DNA from: Nemertoderma westbladi
Lineage: Eukaryota > Animalia > Xenacoelomorpha
Direction of reading: 5' to 3'
Length of the DNA stretch: 62,340 nt
Assembly: GCA_032718475.1 (NCBI GenBank)
Contig: JAUCBJ010000103.1
Span: forward strand, 1 to 62,340
Below the pieces are notes generated by a model. It did not search any database, had not been told where the DNA came from, and worked only from the letters and a program-made list of their open reading frames with translations. Position 1 is the first letter of the stretch, and each line of letters begins with the position of its first letter. This document shows positions 59,541 to 62,340 of the stretch, piece by piece. Both the position numbers and the translations under genes were made by a program.

Positions 59541-60691
59541 ACGGTTTTTAGGTAGTGCTTTAAATGCAAAATGTATGGTAAATGGAAACAAAGGAAATTG
59601 GGGAAACAAAAATAAAGGGTGTACAGTGAAAGATCACCCAAAGGTGAACCTGAATTCCTTTGGATCACAGAACAGAGTGGAAGGGTTTACTGTGGAAGAT
59701 CACCCATGGTGGGTGGTGAACAGGCATTCCTTTAGGAAACAGAGTGGAAGGGTTTACTGTGGAAGATCACCCATGTCACCCATGTTTGATCATGTCGAAG
59801 TATCAAATTTTGTGATATTCCAACCCCTGACTTGCTCACATTGAAGCAATGATATCTTTTGAAATCTTTGGTTAAATTATATAAGCTATATATCATCAGA
59901 AAGACGAAAGGATTTCCTATAATCTCTGTTCAATATTTTAATATGGATGACATAATGGCATCATTGACAAACGTTTGTATTGATGGTCGGTATTTTTAGA
60001 CAAAATCTGTCCAGCCTGTAACAGTTACTGGTTTGAGGTATGAGGTATCCATATCAAATATAGGTTTAATACAAGTTTGAGATAATATAACAATCTAAAA
60101 GCCCTAGTATCCTCAAATTTTCTCCAAAAACACAAACTTTTTATCGAGATAGAGCCATTAATATATAGGTAGCTTGTTATTAATAAGCTTAAACGTCCAC
60201 CCTGTAACATGGGCATATTGGCTGTAAATTCCCGAAATGTCGACGCCTTATGTAATCAGAGGTACCGCCACAATACTCAGGTCCTACTAGAATTTGTTTG
60301 ATATATAACAATACTGAATTGACCTCGACTATGAGCAATTGTATAGAACAATGACAAAAATGATGACCACCCTGTAACAGTCCACAATTTACCTTTATGT
60401 TACAGGTAGGACATGTCCTGCCTGTAACAGCCATATCTACCAATCATAATATAGGTTTTTGTGGCGGGATTCTTGATTTTCAACAAATACTGCCTGACTA
60501 CCTATGCATTTCAATCTTGCAGTCATGGTGTTCTATAATAAACTGATGCAATCAGCAGATTGCTCTCCCCATACTACACATAGTGTTTAGCAAGATAGTG
60601 ATAAGTAAGATCTACTTCACTGTGGGGTACAGTTACAGTATTTGTAGTGGGTTTTCTAATAACTTGAAACTCTTGAGATAAATTTACCATC

Positions 60692-61135
60692 AGGGGGCGT
60701 TCATAAAGAATTTTTTCACGCAAATTTTTCCGATTTTTGACCCCCCCTCCCCCCTCTGTCACAAAGTGTCACACAAGCTCGACCACAAGCTGTCACATTA
60801 GACAATTTGTAATACCGACAAAAAATATTTTATTGTAATAATACACAATGTTTGTTATGCCAAAATACAATATAAATCACTATCTACATTTTATTATTAC
60901 TATTCTATATTAATAACAGGTATTACAGTGTTTGGAGTCAATGGCTTCTATGTCCTACTCAATTTATCGATTATACTCAATGTTATTGAGTTTATTGTTT
61001 TCCTTAAAGTTACCCACTCTTCTACACATATGTGAAAGTCAAAGCCAAGCTAACATTAAAGCATAGAACATCGCCGTGACCGTCACAAAAGTCGACACCC
61101 CCTCCCCCCTCTGTAACAAAATGTCACGCAAGCTC
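60692..61135. mobile_element. Copy of the 13208-13749 MITE family, right end truncated by a LINE fragment
   Basis: GGGGGCGTTCATAAAG terminus and an internal sequence highly similar to 13330-13690. Confidence 0.8.
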
Positions 61136-61140
61136 TAGTT

Positions 61141-61880
61141 CTGTGACTCCTAACTATTCCGACGAGAAAGTCCCAGATTGGCGTAATGCTGACTTAGCTA
61201 AACTTAGAACTAATCTTGCTGCGGTTGATTGGGAGGAGGTACTCGATGGTCTAGGGACATCTGATGCCTGGGAGGCTTTTAAATGTCGCCTCCAGTCTGC
61301 TCAAGATAGTGCAGTGCCGTTGAAACGTCGACGCGGATGACAGTTAACATTCTTAGAATTATTAGGAAGAAACGACGCCTTTGGAAAGTGTATTCGACTT
61401 CCAAGGATTTTCATTAATTTGAGGCCTATAAAAAGGTCGAGCGCACGGTTAAGAATGCAGTACGCTCCGCCCTAAAAAATTTAGAGAAACGTCTTGCCAG
61501 AGATGTTAAGAAAAACCCAAAGGCATTTTATTCATACCTTAAGGCTGCCAAGTCAAACAGGGAAACAGATCGGCCATTTAAATCAATGTGACAGATGGCA
61601 GTGAGTGGCAGTGTGTCAATGTGGCTGCAGATATTCTTAGTAAATACTTCACTTTTGTGTTTACTTTTGGTACCTCTACAGCTCATTCTGATCCTATTGT
61701 TAAATGTTAAGAAACAATTGATAGCATCAACTTATCCACAACCGATTTAGAGAATAAAATTAAGAAGTAGCCCCTGGTGCAGACTTGATTGGCGCATGGC
61801 GCTAGATCCTTGCAATCTGTAGCTAATATCATTTCAACACCGTTTGCACATTGAGGATTGGCGTAAGACAAACGTTACAG
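61141..61880 (+). mobile_element. Degenerate CR1-like LINE fragment (endonuclease-RT linker)
   Basis: DWRNADLAKLR...VDWEEVL...AWEAFK...AVPLK, IRKKRRLWKVY and DVKKNPKAFYSY, with stops and frameshifts. Confidence 0.75.
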
Positions 61881-62340
61881 GTCATTGGTCAATAAACGTG
61901 GCTCAAAGCGTTGCAAAATATTTTTTTTTTATTTCTTGCCGAACTCCAATATATTATATACCATTGGAATCGTCTTTTTGAGCTCTTTCCAGATCTGGCC
62001 AAAATATATAAATATACTCAAGTCTAAAAGTTTTATAGGCGAAGTAACGCTAAATGCTATCCAAGGTAGACATCCAAGGTATACATGGGTTCAAGGTATA
62101 CATTTTTGTGTACCAAGGTATACATTGGTTACATTTTCAAGGTATACGTTTTGTGTACCAAGGTATACGTGTTGTGTAGCAAGGTAGTCTACCAAGGTAT
62201 AGGCGTTGTGTAGCAAGGTATTCTTCGTTTGGTGTAACAAGGTAAACATGGGTTCAATCTTTAAGGCATGAGATTTGTGTATCAAGGGTTACGATATTAG
62301 TGATTTTGAAAACAAGTAAATAAGGTAGGCTATATCTGGG

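Overview
This is eukaryotic (probably invertebrate animal) genomic DNA. The whole window lies inside one minus-strand gene of the GRAF/oligophrenin family (BAR-PH-RhoGAP). Eight exons (59005-59239, 57549-57820, 22725-22905, 20322-20465, 12463-12728, 11564-11742, 5246-5379, 7-115) join with GT-AG sites and consistent phases; both gene ends lie outside the window. The introns hold antisense intronless genes (prohibitin-2, a kynurenine-aminotransferase-like gene, a MOSPD2-type CRAL-TRIO pseudogene), LINE fragments, MITEs and large minisatellites. The centrepiece is a very young 14.4-kb Bel/Pao LTR retrotransposon (38493-52921; 538-bp LTRs identical by eye; CCCTT target-site duplication) that splits the aminotransferase ORF. 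It has three unusual properties. First, downstream of integrase it carries an ORF with a DEDDy (EXD2/WRN/Mut-7-like) 3'-5' exonuclease signature and an overlapping triple-CCHC zinc-knuckle ORF instead of env. Second, it has no tRNA primer-binding site, but the 9 nt after the 5' LTR are complementary to a site within the LTR, suggesting self-priming. Third, about 1,100 codons of low-complexity coding sequence precede gag. Separately, three consecutive host exons have minisatellites made of tandem copies of their own 5' splice site. All homology calls are from motif recognition by eye, not database searches.
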